In this document: positions 31,515 to 48,351 of the stretch, piece after piece
Layout: every line of letters starts with the position of its first letter
How positions within the stretch are numbered: the stretch's first letter is position 1
Source of the DNA: the human T2T-CHM13v2.0 reference genome, Homo sapiens
Length of the DNA: 64,000 nt
Assembly: GCF_009914755.1 (NCBI RefSeq)
Contig: NC_060930.1
Strand: one strand, 5' to 3'
The notes under the pieces: model-generated
Seen by the model: only the letters and a program-made list of their open reading frames with translations
The model's database searches: none
What the model was told of the DNA's origin: nothing
Position numbers and translations under genes: made by a program

Positions 31515-33194
31515 GCAGCTCTAAAAGCTCTTCTGACAGCTATAACTTATGATTTATAAATGAGGTTAATGGATTCCTGTTAGAATGGAAAATGCACTTG
31601 TGTAAGATCACTTATTCAAGCCGTAATCAGTACCTACTGCAAGTGCTTTCTCCTGAGGCTTGTATTTTTTGCTGGAGGATTTTTGTTTTTAGTAGATATT
31701 GCTGGACATAGGTTTTTCTTTTCTTTTTAAAATTTGCAACAAATCCCAAATCACCAGAATTGCTGAAAACATGCTGTGAGAGATGAATGTCAAGTTCACA
31801 GTCACTGCCCTTCTCCGACAGAACCAACACCAGCCAGCCCTCGAGCGCAGACGGGGAAATTCAAACTGATACTCTCCACCCCTAATGTTGAGAGAGATGG
31901 TTATGCAGCTTCAAGGTCCTCTGCAAATTCACCATACTTGGATAGACTGTGAATGTATTTTTAATTAGGCACTGATTTTTAGAGCATTGGGTTATGTAGT
32001 AGTGAATATTCTGACCAGCCTGCATGTTTCAGAAGCAGAAGTATGAAAAAATAGATTTGGTAGCAAACACCAACCAGCCAAACAAAAAAGCAAAAAGCCA
32101 AAAACCCATCTTGTGGTTGATGTGGTTTCCATAGGGCTTTGCCTCTCGTACATCGTCACTTCTTAAGAAACACTCTCCCTTTTTTTCTCAGTAGAGTAAG
32201 GTCTTGATAAGAAGGTTGCAAGATGTGCAATATAACTGTTTTATTGAGTAATTTTGTTAAACCAGGAAAATAAGAAAGAAAAGAAACTAGAGCTGTTATT
32301 TGTCTTTCTTAGAATGTCTTGATCAATACATTCTAGGCTGGCCTGTAAGAAAAAGAAGCACAGGGATTTTGAATAGAGACACTGTCACCAGGTTAACTTT
32401 GTAAAGGGAGGGTGGTGGGCTTTCCCAGATGTACTTTCCCTTGTGAGGTTTTAGCTTGGCTCTTAGCTCATTCAAAGCAAAGACTGAGAGATGTTTAACT
32501 TGCAAATCCTTCAGGTGTGGAACTTGGATTGTAATTCTTTCCTCCTTGGGTAACATGATGACTAGCATGGTTATGGCTGGCATTTTGCTTTTGTTGTGTT
32601 TTGATACACTTTCGTGTTTAGAAGGTAACGCATCCGATGGGACGAGGCATCTGAACAAGATGGTTTGGAAGCTTCCTTTTGAGACTGGAGAAATGTGTGG
32701 ACTAACACAAATGTGTTCTTAGAATAGTCATCATTTCTTTGTGGGAAACATTATTCTGGCACCTATTAATGCTTATAGGGACTAGAATTGTTGAATTCCT
32801 TCTCCACTGAATTCAGGTAGCTTGATTGGGGCCATTTTGGAGGATAGGAAAACTGGGCAGTGTCTGGAAAGGCCAACATCTTCACTGCACACCCTACAGG
32901 GAGGGTGGGTGGAAGTTCCCACAGTGGCATCAGTTGGACACCATGACGAGCTCAGTCCCAGGTGACTGAGACAGACAGAATGGAGAAGCACTCACCGTTA
33001 TCTCATTCTCCTAGCACATCCCTCACCCAACTACAGTCTTTCTCCACTTAGACATCCATGCCACTGGGTGTTACCCCAAAAATCTGAAGCCAAGCAGATT
33101 GACCCCTGACAATGAGGCCCTGAAGTTCAGTTACGACTCCTTGAAGACCTCTTACCTCTCACAGGCCAGCTTCCTCTCCCATCCCCCTCACTGA

Positions 33195-33519
<325 letters not shown>

Positions 33520-33767
33520 TGGATTCTTGTTTTTCCTTCTCACCCTCTCCCCTACTAAATCCCCTTCTCTTCCTCAGAAGTTAGTCCTTCTAGGTTCTCC
33601 CTGTAACCTTACCTGCATAGAAACTCCCCCTCTCTGCACATAAACGGAGCTGCTTTCTGATTTACTTTCCTTTTGAGAGCTGGTCTCCAGTTGCTGCAGA
33701 TCACCTCATCCAGTGTCCCCTTCACCACCTGTCAGGTTCCCTTGGTCAGTATCATGCCTCTGAGACA

Positions 33768-33860
33768 GCAGCTGCCCATTGGAATCACCTGGGGGAGCCT
33801 TGGAAACTACTAATATGTGGGTCCTTTCCCAGAGATTCTGACTTAATTGGGTTAGGATAT
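33768..33860. mobile_element. MER5-like hAT-Charlie fragment
   Basis: tggaatcacctgggggagcctt...cccagagattctgacttaattgg resembles MER5A. Confidence 0.6.
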
Positions 33861-35037
33861 AACCACAACAACAGCCCCACAAAAGTATTACCCCTCGTTC
33901 TATAGGCTCAGAGGGTGAGAAATTTGCCCACATGTCTCACAGCTAATGAGTGGCTTAGCTGAGATTTCCTTTCATGGGTGAGCTTGCAAATTGTGCTCTT
34001 TCTGTTGACTGTCCTGGGCTATGCCAGATCCAGAGAAGCACGGCAGGATCATTACCAGCTAAGAAGGGGTCTTACCATTGCCTGCCCCTTAGGAATCAGT
34101 TGCCCTAGGCGAAGTCCCTGTTTTCCTCCAAGCAGACTGATAAACACTGGCTGTGCTCAAGCAGCAGCAGGGCTGGATTCGCGTCACTTACTTTGGTATG
34201 CAGGAGGCTGCTTGTATGCTGTGGCGCAGGGAGCTAAGCACACACGTCAGAGAAAGCCATTTCAATTTATCATTTTAATTTTGCTATTAAGCATCCACGG
34301 ACCCTAAATGGATTCTCCACAATGGCATCTGCAAGTCCATTATCAGCTAAATGTTTAATGAGTTTTTTAAGTAACCGATGGATGCCACAGTGTATAGGAA
34401 ACTTTCTTGAGTTTTTTTCACATATAAGGAGGCATTTCTCGAAGTCACTTGGGATGGCTTAACATAGCTCATCCCTGCCAGCTGACTTGTGGCCTCTTTC
34501 CCTTCCTTCCATGTGCAGTGCCTTCTATCTTGAATGCTGCAGCCAGCAGAGGTTCTGGCAGTGGAACCCTCTGCCTAGTGGGCTTCAGAAAGGAGCCTGT
34601 GAGGCAGAGACATTTCAATTGAAAAGCAGTTTAGAATTCAGCCTCCATTTGCTAATTCCCATAGATGCTCGTCAGCAAACACAGGACAGTTGTTTGTGGA
34701 TTTGAAATTTGCTACTTTTTCATTCTGTATCTTACATTTTGGTGATTGTGCTACAAATATTTGGAGTTGAACATAATAGGATAATCACTGTTGATTCTTG
34801 GCTAAATCACATTATCTTAGGCCATCTTTGCAAATCAAGTGCATTCTACTGAAAAGGAGACAAGCAATTTTGCTTGTTCTTTTTCTCTTTCAGTCGAATG
34901 GAGCATGGACTTAGAATTGAAGTTGCAATGGGGTGGGCAATACATTCTAACTGGGTTTTTAGTTAAAAATCAGCAATCAGTTTAAGCAATCTGGTTCAAA
35001 GGCAGTATAGCTACAAATTTGCAGACAGTGTGTAGTA

Positions 35038-35230
35038 CAGTTGTCCTTCAGTATCTTAGACGAATTGGTTCCAGGACCCTCCCACCCCTGTTGGTACCAA
35101 AATACAAGGATGCTCAAGTCCCACAGTTTGCCCTCTGGATCCAGGGGTTCCCAACCTCAGATTCAACCAACCAAGGATTGAAAAGATAGTTTTTGCCGGA
35201 TGAGGAACTGCAGATACGGAAGGCTGACTG
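35038..35230. mobile_element. Tigger-derived MITE (MER8/MER2-like)
   Basis: Imperfect terminal inverted repeats cagttgtccttcagtatct / agatacggaaggctgactg, flanked by TA at 35036-35037 and 35231-35232; internal ttggttccaggaccc and ggatgctcaagtccc motifs. Confidence 0.8.
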
Positions 35231-36530
35231 TATTTCATTTCAACAGGGGTCTCGATTTTCCTCCTCATTGAATGGTAATATGTTACCTGTTTTGGCAAAG
35301 TTTGGAGTAAACTTCTGTCTCCACCTCCCTGTATTGCAGCTGTCAGCATGGTGAAGAGCCTGCAAGGCGTGTTGATGTGTGCTGCCTAGGGCTGCCTAAC
35401 ACAAACCAAACAAACATCCCTTCTCAGGATGGGAGAAGAGCTTTTTATGAGACCTTCTTCTGTCTTCCTCTTGCCCGTCTCTGCCTTTGCCCCCATAAGC
35501 AAGTGACAGTTGTGCAGTGTTTAGCCACTACGTATTTCTCATATCTGTCTTCATGGTGGAGCTTCTGATACTCCTGTCTTAGGGACACACCTTTGATTAG
35601 AAGAAGTAATATTAGCCTCTAAAATTTTTTGAACTTTAAAATCAAGACCTTACTTGGGATAACGCTGGTTTCCTCCTCTGTTGAAATTGTTTATCTCTTG
35701 GACTCAGAAACTATTTAGCCTTTCTGTGGCACACAGTGGATTTCAAAACATTTGGTATTATCAGATTTCTAAGCAAGGATGTGATGTAATTATTTTACTA
35801 CCAAATGAGGATTCTTTTGAGAGAAGCAGCCACTTAACGTGAGAGTAATTGCTTGAATATGAAGTGGTGTGTAGGAATTGAGTGAGAACTGAGATCTTGA
35901 CTTGCACGTATGCTGTAGATAAAACCTACTATGAATTTGCTGGTGCAGGGCCACAGAAAAAACTAGTCATGAGAATTGCCAGAATTGTCAGAAATGTGTT
36001 TTGAGATGATTTATATTCATTATTCTAACTCTTCACAATAACATTTTGCTTATTTTGCAATTGGAATTTGTGGAGGTCCAAGAAGTCAAGATGGTAATTA
36101 ATTTGCCCAGGACAGCTGGTAGGTGCATCAGCTCAGAGCAGCGGGTGGTGGGGAACTTGTCTTAGACATTCACGATGCAGGTCATGACACTGGACTATAA
36201 AGCTGTAGCTCTAGGGGTCTGTATTCTGTGCTCTGTAACTTGACATGATCTGGGACCCAAAGTTAAATAACTAATCAAGAGAAGTCAGGTGCTTTTTTGT
36301 TAAACACGGAACTCCAGTATTCCTCTGAAGCTTAAGGAGAGAGTAAGTAACATGGTATTGGGCTTGTTCCCTGTCCTTAACACAAGAATTCTTGGAATTG
36401 CCGGATTACATATTCTTCTCCCCTGAGAGGACACCCAGTGCAACCATGGCTCACATGCCTAAGGTCTGTGTTAGATAGATCATATCATGGATCCAGCATA
36501 ATTAAGTAGAGATGCATTTTCTTGGTTTAA

Positions 36531-36881
<351 letters not shown>

Positions 36882-36914
36882 TGGAGTTCTTTCCTGATTC
36901 TATGAGGCTGTGAG

Positions 36915-37050
36915 TAGTGGTTCTTAACCAGGAATGTTATCACCACCACCTCAGGGGAGGTGCACATTTCTTGATATGGGGGGTCGGGGTTGGGGGCACC
37001 AGGGATGCCCCATGTCCTGTAATTACTGTCCACAGTGTCCACACAGGAAG
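36915..37050. mobile_element. MER20/MER5-like hAT fragment
   Basis: Starts tagtggttcttaacc (hAT-Charlie-like terminus); ccagggatgc...catgtcctgtaa...cacacag. Confidence 0.45.
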
Positions 37051-39104
37051 ATACCGGTTGTATCAGAGACTTGGTCTAGGATTCACAGGTTTTTCTTCCA
37101 GTTGGATTTAATGAGCTTCTCTCTGTCCTAAGACCCAAATGCTGTGGGGTTTGCCAACATTACAAGGTAGGCATTTCACAGAACGGAATTCTGGCAGGCC
37201 ATCTTCATGCAGTGAATTGCTGTCATTGGTAGGTGGTGCTTTTTATTGCCCCCATCTCCAGCAGAGATCTTATAAATTCCCTTTGCCTGAAATCAGCATG
37301 GTTGATCTCCCACCTAACCAGATTTAGAGTGCTTTGTTTTCTTTAACATACTTTCCCAGAGAACTCGGGAGTTTTAATACTTTTAAAAACAACTATAACT
37401 TTTTATAAAGTAGGGAATACTTGACTGAAGTGTTGTGTGTTAAAACATACTGCATGCATCCGTGGTGTCTTTAGTTATGGGGAATGTTAGTAGATGTGAC
37501 TCAGAGAGGGTTCCTTGAGGAACTCATTTTAGAAAATGCAGTGATTTCCTCCTTAGTGGTTCAGAATGCACATTAAAGAGTCTTTAAATTCTAAGTAAAT
37601 CTGCTTAACTCTGTCTGCGTCAGAGTTTCCCAAGCTAACCTGGAGCACAGAACACTTCTGAGATAATGCGTGGTATGTTGGTGTTGATACACGCAGTATA
37701 CTCATGCTCTCAGAGACCGGTTTGATAAATGCCGATCTTTGAGAATTTAGAGGCCTAATTTGTAGACAACATTCCTGATAAAATGAGTTCACCTGTAGTG
37801 GCCAGTCCTTTGGGGTTTCCATAAGCAATGTGAGATACATTATTTTCTAATAAGACATCCAACAATTTGAATATTAATGTTCAATGGAATTAATTTTGCA
37901 TGCTAAAAGCCAACTGATGATTTTAGTGGATCTCTCTTAACAATCATTCTTTCTCATGTCTAAAGATGAGTTTGGGTTATTTCTCCTGAAATTATGGTTA
38001 ACTGACTTTCATGAATTTTACTGAAAATGATGAGAAACAGAAAAATCTGGGATTTGTAGACAGTGGCGAGAAACTCTCTGTCTAGTATTTATACCCCTCA
38101 CCAAGCAGCACTCCTGGGCCCTCAAGCTCTGCTGCTGTGCAGAAACCGTTCCAGCCGCCTTCCTTAAATAGCAAGCACTGCCATTTCAAACACAAGATAA
38201 AATTAATATTGGCATTCTGGAAATTAGCATTTTTGCACTAGGATTAAATTAAATTAGTTAAACGAATGTGACAGCATGACAAAGCTGGTCTAACCAAGCC
38301 AATCAGGTATTGAAAGTGGATAAATGTTGCTGTTGGGTGAATAGCTCCTACTCGGCAGTTGGTGGGATGATGTAGCGTAGGCTGTAAACCCCATCTTGGA
38401 ATAAAGACCTGCAGGATAAAGTGCAGTAGGACACGTGGGGTTCAGACAGCTGGGCCCTGTTTTCGTCCTGTGGAGCTGGAGGGAAGGGGCCACAGGGACT
38501 CTGGGTGATGGTGAGGAGATGTTCACCCCCTTTTCTGAGTCCTTCAGATGAACTCAGTCGAGCTTAAAGTGATGTCACCAAGCAGTAAGGGAACTTTTTT
38601 GGCTTGTTGGTTTTGTTTGCTGAATATATGGATGGAAAGAAATATCATGAAATTTATAACGAGCAGTGGCTTTATTTAAAGATCAGAGACTTCATAGCAT
38701 CTGTAGGTTAAGACCTGGGACCTGCTGCCACCCTCAAGAGGATCTGCTGCCTCTTCCCTGAGGAAAACTGGCAGCAGGAAGAGAGCTCTGGAGGTCAATT
38801 TCTCAGAGATAAGGGCTTCTTATTTTTAGAGATCACTACAATCATGCCCACCCCGGGATGCATCCTCTTCTCAATTTCATGTGGTTGGAGAGAGCTTTTG
38901 ACTCTATGCTTTGATAATAGCTCTGAAACCCGATAAGCAGTTCATTTTCTCTCTTTTAAAAACCTTGCTAGTTAAAAGGCCTCCTCATATTTTTCTTTTG
39001 CAGATTGCCTTAAATCTTTTTTTAAATTCATGGAATATAAATGTATACTCCTGATTGCCTTAGCAGTGCTTACTATATATCTTGAGATAATTAAAAATCA
39101 CATC

Positions 39105-39466
<362 letters not shown>

Positions 39467-39903
39467 TCACAAAAATTAGGGCTATTGTTCATCTAAACTT
39501 CTCATAAATCTGGATCACCAGTGGAATAATCCATTTCTGCATTTAGCCTCCGTCTTATTTTCAGCCTACTTCTAGAAATTTAAATATACATTGGAAAATA
39601 TATTGTATGCCTAGGTTGAAATAAAAGGGTTTTTTTTTTTTTTTTGCCAGTCTGGATTGCTGTTTGAAGTATTCAATTTTAGAGTGAATACACCAAGAGC
39701 TACAGCTACTGACTTGTATGAAATAAATCATCAGTCTTAATGATAGCTCTTTGAGTTACATTGATGGGTGGGCTCACTGATACACACCACACAACTCTGG
39801 GTGTGTGTGTATGTGTGTGTGTGTTGTGGGGGCAGGATCACTTGCCCTCGCAACCTGAGGATCTGAACCAACCAGGAACCTCAGGAAAAAAAGGGCTGCT
39901 ATG

Positions 39904-40199
<296 letters not shown>

Positions 40200-41119
40200 C
40201 TACTGTGTCTTCTTTTCTCTTCCTGTGTGCAAGTCTGTGATTTCAAGGCTATGGCCATGTTACGTGTAGCCGTACCCATGTCTTGAGGTGCAGCCCTGTG
40301 TGAATGTGTGTCCTGGGATGTAGTGAGATGTGTCGCCTCTACCGAGCTGTGTCTAATTTTGTTGGATTCCCTTTTCATTTCACATCTCAGACTCAAGCCA
40401 AATGCTGCCTCCTTTGAAACCCTCCTTAACAGAAACATGAGGACCATTTATAAAAGGTGACCGTAGTGTGAGATAAGGGGTGGAAAGTACTGGGATAGCA
40501 CGTGGACCTTGATTTGATCAAATGGACCAAGTCTCATAAAATGGCTGCTGAGTGCTTTTCTATTTAGAAAGAGAATTTCCCCCAATACGGTTTCATTTGA
40601 ATCTCACACAATCCAAAAACAGAGATAGTATTAGTCTCAGTTTGTAACTGGGAAGATGAGCTCAGAGGTAAAGTTCCATAGCTGAGAGGAGCTTGGACTC
40701 TAACCAAGACGTTGTATGTGCTGTGCTGTCTTCTGTTTCCCCCATGCTTTCTATAGTTTAAAAAAGAAAAGAAAAGAAAAATCACAGGCGGCCCTCGTCC
40801 ATTTAGATCTTTATATAAACCACCTTTACCCGCTTTGTCCTGCCCAGTCCTAGAAAATCAGAAGGATTAGATGCCTTTGCCATTTGCCAGGTGTTATTGT
40901 TGAGCGCAGAGCAGGAAGGACACAGGTAATAACTCCCAGAGCTTTCATTTTAGAGAAGAACGCAGGCATGGAACAAGTAATTCCCAAGACCACAATTATT
41001 GAGAACAAATAGTATAACAAAGACAGCTAAAATTTATGTTAATAGTTGACTTATTAAGAACTTAATATGTTCCTGGTGATGTTTCCAATATTCTTTGTGG
41101 TATATAAAAATGAATTCTT

Positions 41120-41542
<423 letters not shown>

Positions 41543-42199
41543 TAAAAATGAATTCTTAACTCCATTTTACAGAGAATGGGGAAGATATGAGGGAGGTAAG
41601 AAATGTGCTCAAGGTCGTGAAAGTAACTTCCTTAAGGCGGAAGCAAATGTATATGAAACACACTTGTGAAATGGGTACATAATACATAGGATACATGTGT
41701 TCTCTGTCAGGAGCCTGTAGTGGCCTGCTGTAGAACTGTGATATGCTTGGCTCCGTCCCGTTCAATGTTTTTGATGAATGGCTTAGCTGAGGACATTAAT
41801 ATGTTATTTACATTTGGAGATGATATAAACAGAGGAGTTAAAGCTCCAGCAGTGTGGCCTGTTGGCCTAGATGATCTTAAAAGATTTATGAACCCTGGCA
41901 AGCAAGGTTATTAACATGCTTGAAGCCTAAGAATCTATGAGTTTTAGGGTTCAATGTATTTTCACTTTTACAGTGATAAAGTGAGTAAAAAGGAAACCGT
42001 GTCTGTTCTCCCAATTTCCCTCTAAGAGGATAAAACCAAACAACAACAATGCCATAGAGGTAGCCATTATTAAAGATTTGGTACATATTGTTCCAGACTT
42101 TAAAAAAAATGCTTACACAAACATTGACTCCTTTTCTCTCTCCCTTTTCCTCTTCCTCTCCCTCTTTGTCAGTGGGTTATTTTTGTTTAGTTTGGTTTT

Positions 42200-42680
42200 A
42201 AACACATAAAAGAATCATTCTCAGCAACTTGCTTCTTTTCCCCCTTAAGCCAGGGACATCTTCACACATGAGTGTGTCTAAATCTACCTCATAGCTTTTG
42301 ATGTTGTCTATTGCATGAACGTTTCATAATTTAACTACTCCCCTCTACTGATAGACATTTAAGGGTTTTTTTTTTTTTGCTATTATGAAGTATTTATTAC
42401 TTATTTATTTTTCCTTTGTAGAGACTGGGTTTCAGTTTGTTGCCCAGGCTGGTCTCAAACTCCTGGCTTAAAGCCATCCTCCTGCCTCAGCCTCCCAAAG
42501 TGCTGGAATTATAGGCATGAGGCACCACGCCCAACCCTATTATAAGTTATTATGTGTTGCACCTCATAAATATGTAATGCCATATCTATTAGAATGGCAT
42601 GGTGTAGCTAATGGGTTTGCGTATTTAAAATTCTATCCCTATTTCCAAATTGCCTTCCAGGGATATTGTTTACTGATTTG
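42200..42680 (-). mobile_element. Old L1ME-like fragment with a FLAM inserted
   Basis: ttctcagcaacttgcttc...tactgatagacatttaagg...ccaaattgccttccag. Confidence 0.5.
42400..42537 (-). mobile_element. FLAM / Alu left monomer
   Basis: tgtagagactgggtttc...ggcaccacgcccaacc; TSD-like tattat(g)aagt. Confidence 0.85.
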
Positions 42681-44564
42681 TACTCTGGTTTTTATTTTTT
42701 TTGTTTGACATTTTTAAAGATTTACTTTCAAAACACTTTCTATTAGAATGAAGGAGAAAACACAATGAAGAGGTTTCTTTACAAGTTTTGTCGTGGGATT
42801 TAAAATTCCTTCCAGATAATCTTTAAGTCTGATGATTTGATCATTTGTGGGTGTGTCCTGGTTATATTGGCTTCTGGTTCCTTCCCACGAAGGCCACTTA
42901 CAGGTTTGCTTCTTGGTCATACTGCCCGGGGTGGGACGAATTGCCCCTTTGGAGCCTCGTCTACCGTGTGAACTGCAGGAGTGCTGGGCCACTTGCACCC
43001 GGTCGTCCAATGAGGATGTAGATCTGGGAGTATCACTTCTGTAGTGAAAAGGGTTGCTTTGGTTGGCTTACCTCCTCTGCCCCCGGCATCCTGACAGCTG
43101 TCAAGGGCTCATCATTTCACAACTTCATTAAACAGCCTGGTACTCCTGTTTCTTACTCTGCAAAGGAGGTCCCTAGCACGTTGTGGACTCCTGTGGAGAA
43201 GGAAGTGGATGGAGAAGTCTCCTAGTTTTTCTGTGGTGCCTTGGCTACCACTTGGACATTCTTGGTTGTTGTTCTTACAGAAATGAGAGGAAAACACTGT
43301 TGCTGGAAACATTTGAGGTTTTTAGGGTCTTTTTTTTTTTTAACAGCTTGTTTAGTTGTAATGTGGTAATACTTCATGGGAATAAACTCTGGCTGACCCA
43401 CTCAAAGGATATAAGCTTGAAAACATTTAGGGTTTTGATTTGTTCAAAGGAGGCATTTGTGCTTTTTGAAGCACAAATCCAGTGGGAAAATAGGTTTTCT
43501 GGTGCTTACCATGTTTAAGTGTAAGGAGCGTGTCTTTCAAGTCTAGTTCTCATCTCAAAAGAAATAACTATTTATAAAACTAAGTTCAGGGTGGAGGGAT
43601 AAAGCTATGTGAGGAAGCTTCGGAGTGGAAAAAGTGAAATATACATTTCCTCCTTCTTTCTTGTTTGGTAACAGTTAAGTCCCAGTGTTACTTTCCTCCC
43701 TGAAATGGGTGGCCCTCGAATCCCATCTGGCTCCAATGAATCCCATCTGGTTCCACCGCCTCCTGTCCCATGTGCCACTATGTTGTGTCTGCATCTTTCA
43801 GGGTCTCTCTGGGCAGAGCTGTGTGTAAATCCTGTCTTCTGTGGCCATTTGAGTTGCAGACAGGAGAGACTGATTGAAGTTAAGCAAGGTGCGTGTTTAT
43901 TAATAAAGAAATGTACCCACAATGTATGAAACCATCAGGTCATAAAATAACACGTGTTCCCCATTATTTTTTAAGTGAATGCTTGTGCCTGTATATATAC
44001 ACACGTAGAAAACACAGAAAAGACTTAAATGAATGTAGGTTTGATTTCCTCTATTTGAGGTGACTTTAACTTATTGATAACTCTCAGAAGTCCGTGAATT
44101 TTTAACAACGGTATGACTTATTTAGACGGTTTGGGGATGGAAGAAAAAACAAAAACACTTTTGATTTGGAGTGAAATAAAGGGAATTATCCATCTTTAAC
44201 AACACGTGGGATTTGCAAAAGTGTGGACATGTCTGAATGTGACAATCTGACTAGGAATGAAGTCCCATTTTGTGCGGATGTTGGTGCCTCATAGGCTCTG
44301 AAAGCTCACCTGAGACATCACCCTTGAGGTCAAAGCTTGGGTACCCTGGCGGGACGCAAGCTATTCACATAGTAAAATAGACTCAAAACTCAGGTTCAGT
44401 AACGTCACTGTCATAAATCGTTTTCTACCGAAGTTAATAATGTATCTAGGGCCTTTCTCAAGTAGGGACAGTTACCCTGTGGTTACTGAAAATTAGTATC
44501 TCATAATGTATTCATTATCATACTTAGGATGTAAGGATGTGTAGCATTTGACCTCAGTTTTTAA

Positions 44565-44914
<350 letters not shown>

Positions 44915-44930
44915 TGTAACATCTCTTTTT

Positions 44931-45064
44931 TAAATGATGTTTTTATTTGGAGACGAGGGTCTCTCTATGTTGTCCAGGCTGGCCTCAAACTTTTGGGCTC
45001 AAGCAATCCTCCTGCCTCAGTCTCCTAAGTGCTGGGACTACAGCGCACGTCACAGTGCCCGGCT
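44931..45064 (-). mobile_element. FLAM / Alu left monomer
   Basis: ggagacgagggtctctctatgttg...cacagtgcccggc. Confidence 0.85.
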
Positions 45065-45520
45065 CAGTAACATTTCTAAAAGAGTAGACGGAAATTTGTG
45101 CCTGTGTGCTATAGTCTTCATGTTTAAAGAGACTCAGTTTGGCTCCAACTAAAGATACCTTGGATTGGGCAATTCACAGAGGATTATAAGAATTTTTTCA
45201 ATAATTTTAGGTACTTTGTAGAACCCTAAACTCTATAGAACTTCAGAGTTCTGGTTCCTAAATAAGAGGCACAATTGACCGAAGTTTATTGCATTGAAAT
45301 TGAGGTATTAAGATGGCTTTTTTATGTTCCCTGTTTAGTTTGCCATATCATGAAACTGTGTATGTCAACAGTTTCTAGGTTTAAGATTCACTGGGTTACC
45401 ATGTAGCCCACGATAATATGTGATTCCTGCTTTCCTCCCCCAACTTTTCTTCCTGTTACTAATCAAATCTAAGTCCTGTGTACATACTCAATGATATTTA
45501 GTTAGAATACTCTGACATTT

Positions 45521-45817
45521 GGCTGGGCGCAGTGGCTCATGCCTGTAATCCCAGCACTTTGGGAGGCTGAGGCGGGCGGATCAGCTGAGATCAGGAGTTG
45601 GAGACCAGCCTGGCCAACACAAAATCCCGTCTCTACTAAAAATACAAAAATTAGCTGGGCGCAGTGGCAGGCACCTGTAATCCCAGCTACTCGGGAGGCT
45701 GAGGCAGAAGAATCACTTGAACCCAAAAGGCGGATGTTGCAGTGAGCCAAGATCATGCCATTGGACTACCTGGGGGACAAGAGCGAAAATCCACTCAAAA
45801 ATAAAAATAAAAAAAAG
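45521..45817 (+). mobile_element. AluS
   Basis: TSD aatactctgacattt. Confidence 0.95.
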
Positions 45818-46344
45818 AAATACTCTGACATTTTTGCAGATGGGCTTTGTGGAGACACACTGCCCCCTTCTCCATTCCCTACCCCCTGCTTTTGTCTTTA
45901 GGTTTCATTTAAAATGCCCATCTTTCATATTTTGGTAAGAGAAGACTTTAAGTGGAAATGTAATCTGAGTATTCTGTTTAATAAATGGACTCAGCATGGG
46001 CATTTTGAAGCCAACAATCCCATCTGTAGTGTAAGTATTAAACTACAGTGGTATTATTTCAGGAGGAAGCTCATGCAGTTGAAGGACAGCCTTGCTGGGA
46101 GCCGAGAACAGCCAGGTGAAATCAATTTAGCACAACTTAAGGCTTCTGGATTGCGTGTCTTGAACCCACTGTCCCTTCAGCGTTCAGGGTCTAAGTCAGT
46201 GGTGAGGCCAGAGTCATTCATTGGCCTGGAAGCAGGATGGAATGATGTCAGATGGAGTGCAGAGTTGAGATTGCTTTGTAGCATGCAGGTCTGTACCAGA
46301 CCTTTTCCAGACCAGTTCCAGACCTGGAATACCCTTTAAGTCAT

Positions 46345-46490
46345 TTTATAATTGTGTGTAGTAACAGGACCTTCAAAGCATGGCACGTATCTTTGTAATT
46401 GTGTGTAGTAACAGGACCTTCAAAACATGGCACCTATCTTTATAATTGTGTGTAGTAACAGGACCTTCAAAACATGGCACCTATCTTTAT
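46345..46490. repeat. 47-bp minisatellite, about 3.1 copies
   Basis: Unit ttt(a/g)taattgtgtgtagtaacaggaccttcaaa(g/a)catggcac(g/c)tatc starting at 46345, 46392 and 46439. Confidence 0.95.
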
Positions 46491-46544
46491 GTTGAGAGCC
46501 TCAAACAGAAAAACGCTGGAAATAGTTGGTGGCAAGAGTTGGCT

Positions 46545-46745
46545 TCGGGCCATGATGCCCCCATTCCTGAGCTGTGTGACCTGGGGCAAGACAACCCCAC
46601 CCCACCAGAATTGCTTTGAGTCCCGGTGTCATTATTATAAAATGGAAATAATAGCAGCTGCCTATGTTGGTTTTAAGATAAATGAGATATCTGTATATAT
46701 AACATTGCTGTATATTACATTGTTGAAACATTTAGGTTCCTAATG
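46545..46745 (+). mobile_element. MIR
   Basis: agctgtgtgacctggggcaag...tataaaatggaaataata...aagataaatgagata. Confidence 0.6.
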
Positions 46746-46814
46746 GTTATTGTTTCTATTGGCTTAAAATTTTTTTACCTATATTCTCAGGATTAAAAAT
46801 ACGACCAAGAGCAA

Positions 46815-47476
<662 letters not shown>

Positions 47477-48351
47477 TGCCTGCTGATTTTGAAACTGATG
47501 CCATCAGTTGCACAGGGCATCCTATGGGGAGGATTGCAAATGACCATTGTAGTAATATTTTTAAGGAAAAAACAATGACCCAAATGGACATGTTATATGT
47601 GTCTTGTTTGCTTGCTGGGCTCTGGGAGCACTGGCCTTCGCGCCAAGCGGCCTCCCTTCTCTGCACCCCGTTTATCCTTTTCTTACACAGCCCTTGCCTG
47701 TGGAAATGAGATCTCAGCTTTACCATTGCTTCCTCAGAGAAGTCCTGGACACCCCCAGCCTCAGTCAGGGCTGTTTTTTTTTTTTTTTTTTAAAACCTAC
47801 TTGATTCATTCTCAAGGGCTCTGTTTATTGTTATTTGTTCTATGTATGCCTCCTTCATGACAGTTTCCACAGCTGCAGTTTAGTAATTATTTGTTTAAAA
47901 GTCTGCCTTCTGACTTGTTCAGTCAATTATGCTTAACCTGCATCTAATCACAAGGAAACATTATTTATTATTTTAAAGTAAAAAAGAGGTTTTTAAGTCT
48001 GCCTTCCATAGTAATTTGTAAGCTCAAAGCTCTGGGAAACACATCTGATTTTTTCATGGTTATATTTGAAATAGGTCTGGAAAGGTGAATGTATGTATCT
48101 GGTGTTCCAATGAATGAATTAATGAGTGGATGAATGGCTGGTGGGCACACTTACCCAGATACAAGGCCCTATCTGCTTGTAAGGTAGCTGGATCTTTCAG
48201 ACAAATATAAGACTTAACTCTTCATTGTTTTTGAACTTCCTTTGCTCTGTATTTCTTCTTTCACTGGTTTGTATTCTGGAAGTTAATGCCTTGTTTCTGA
48301 CTTGGTCATGAGGACTGAAATTAAGTTTCTATGGCTTTGTCTTTTCCATAG

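Noticed and set aside
43718-43757. 20-bp tandem duplication gaatcccatctgg(c/t)tcca
   Set aside because: Ordinary local slippage with nothing else supporting function.
46345-46490. CRISPR-like repeat array
   Set aside because: Units are contiguous with no unique spacers, and the context is eukaryotic; it is a minisatellite.
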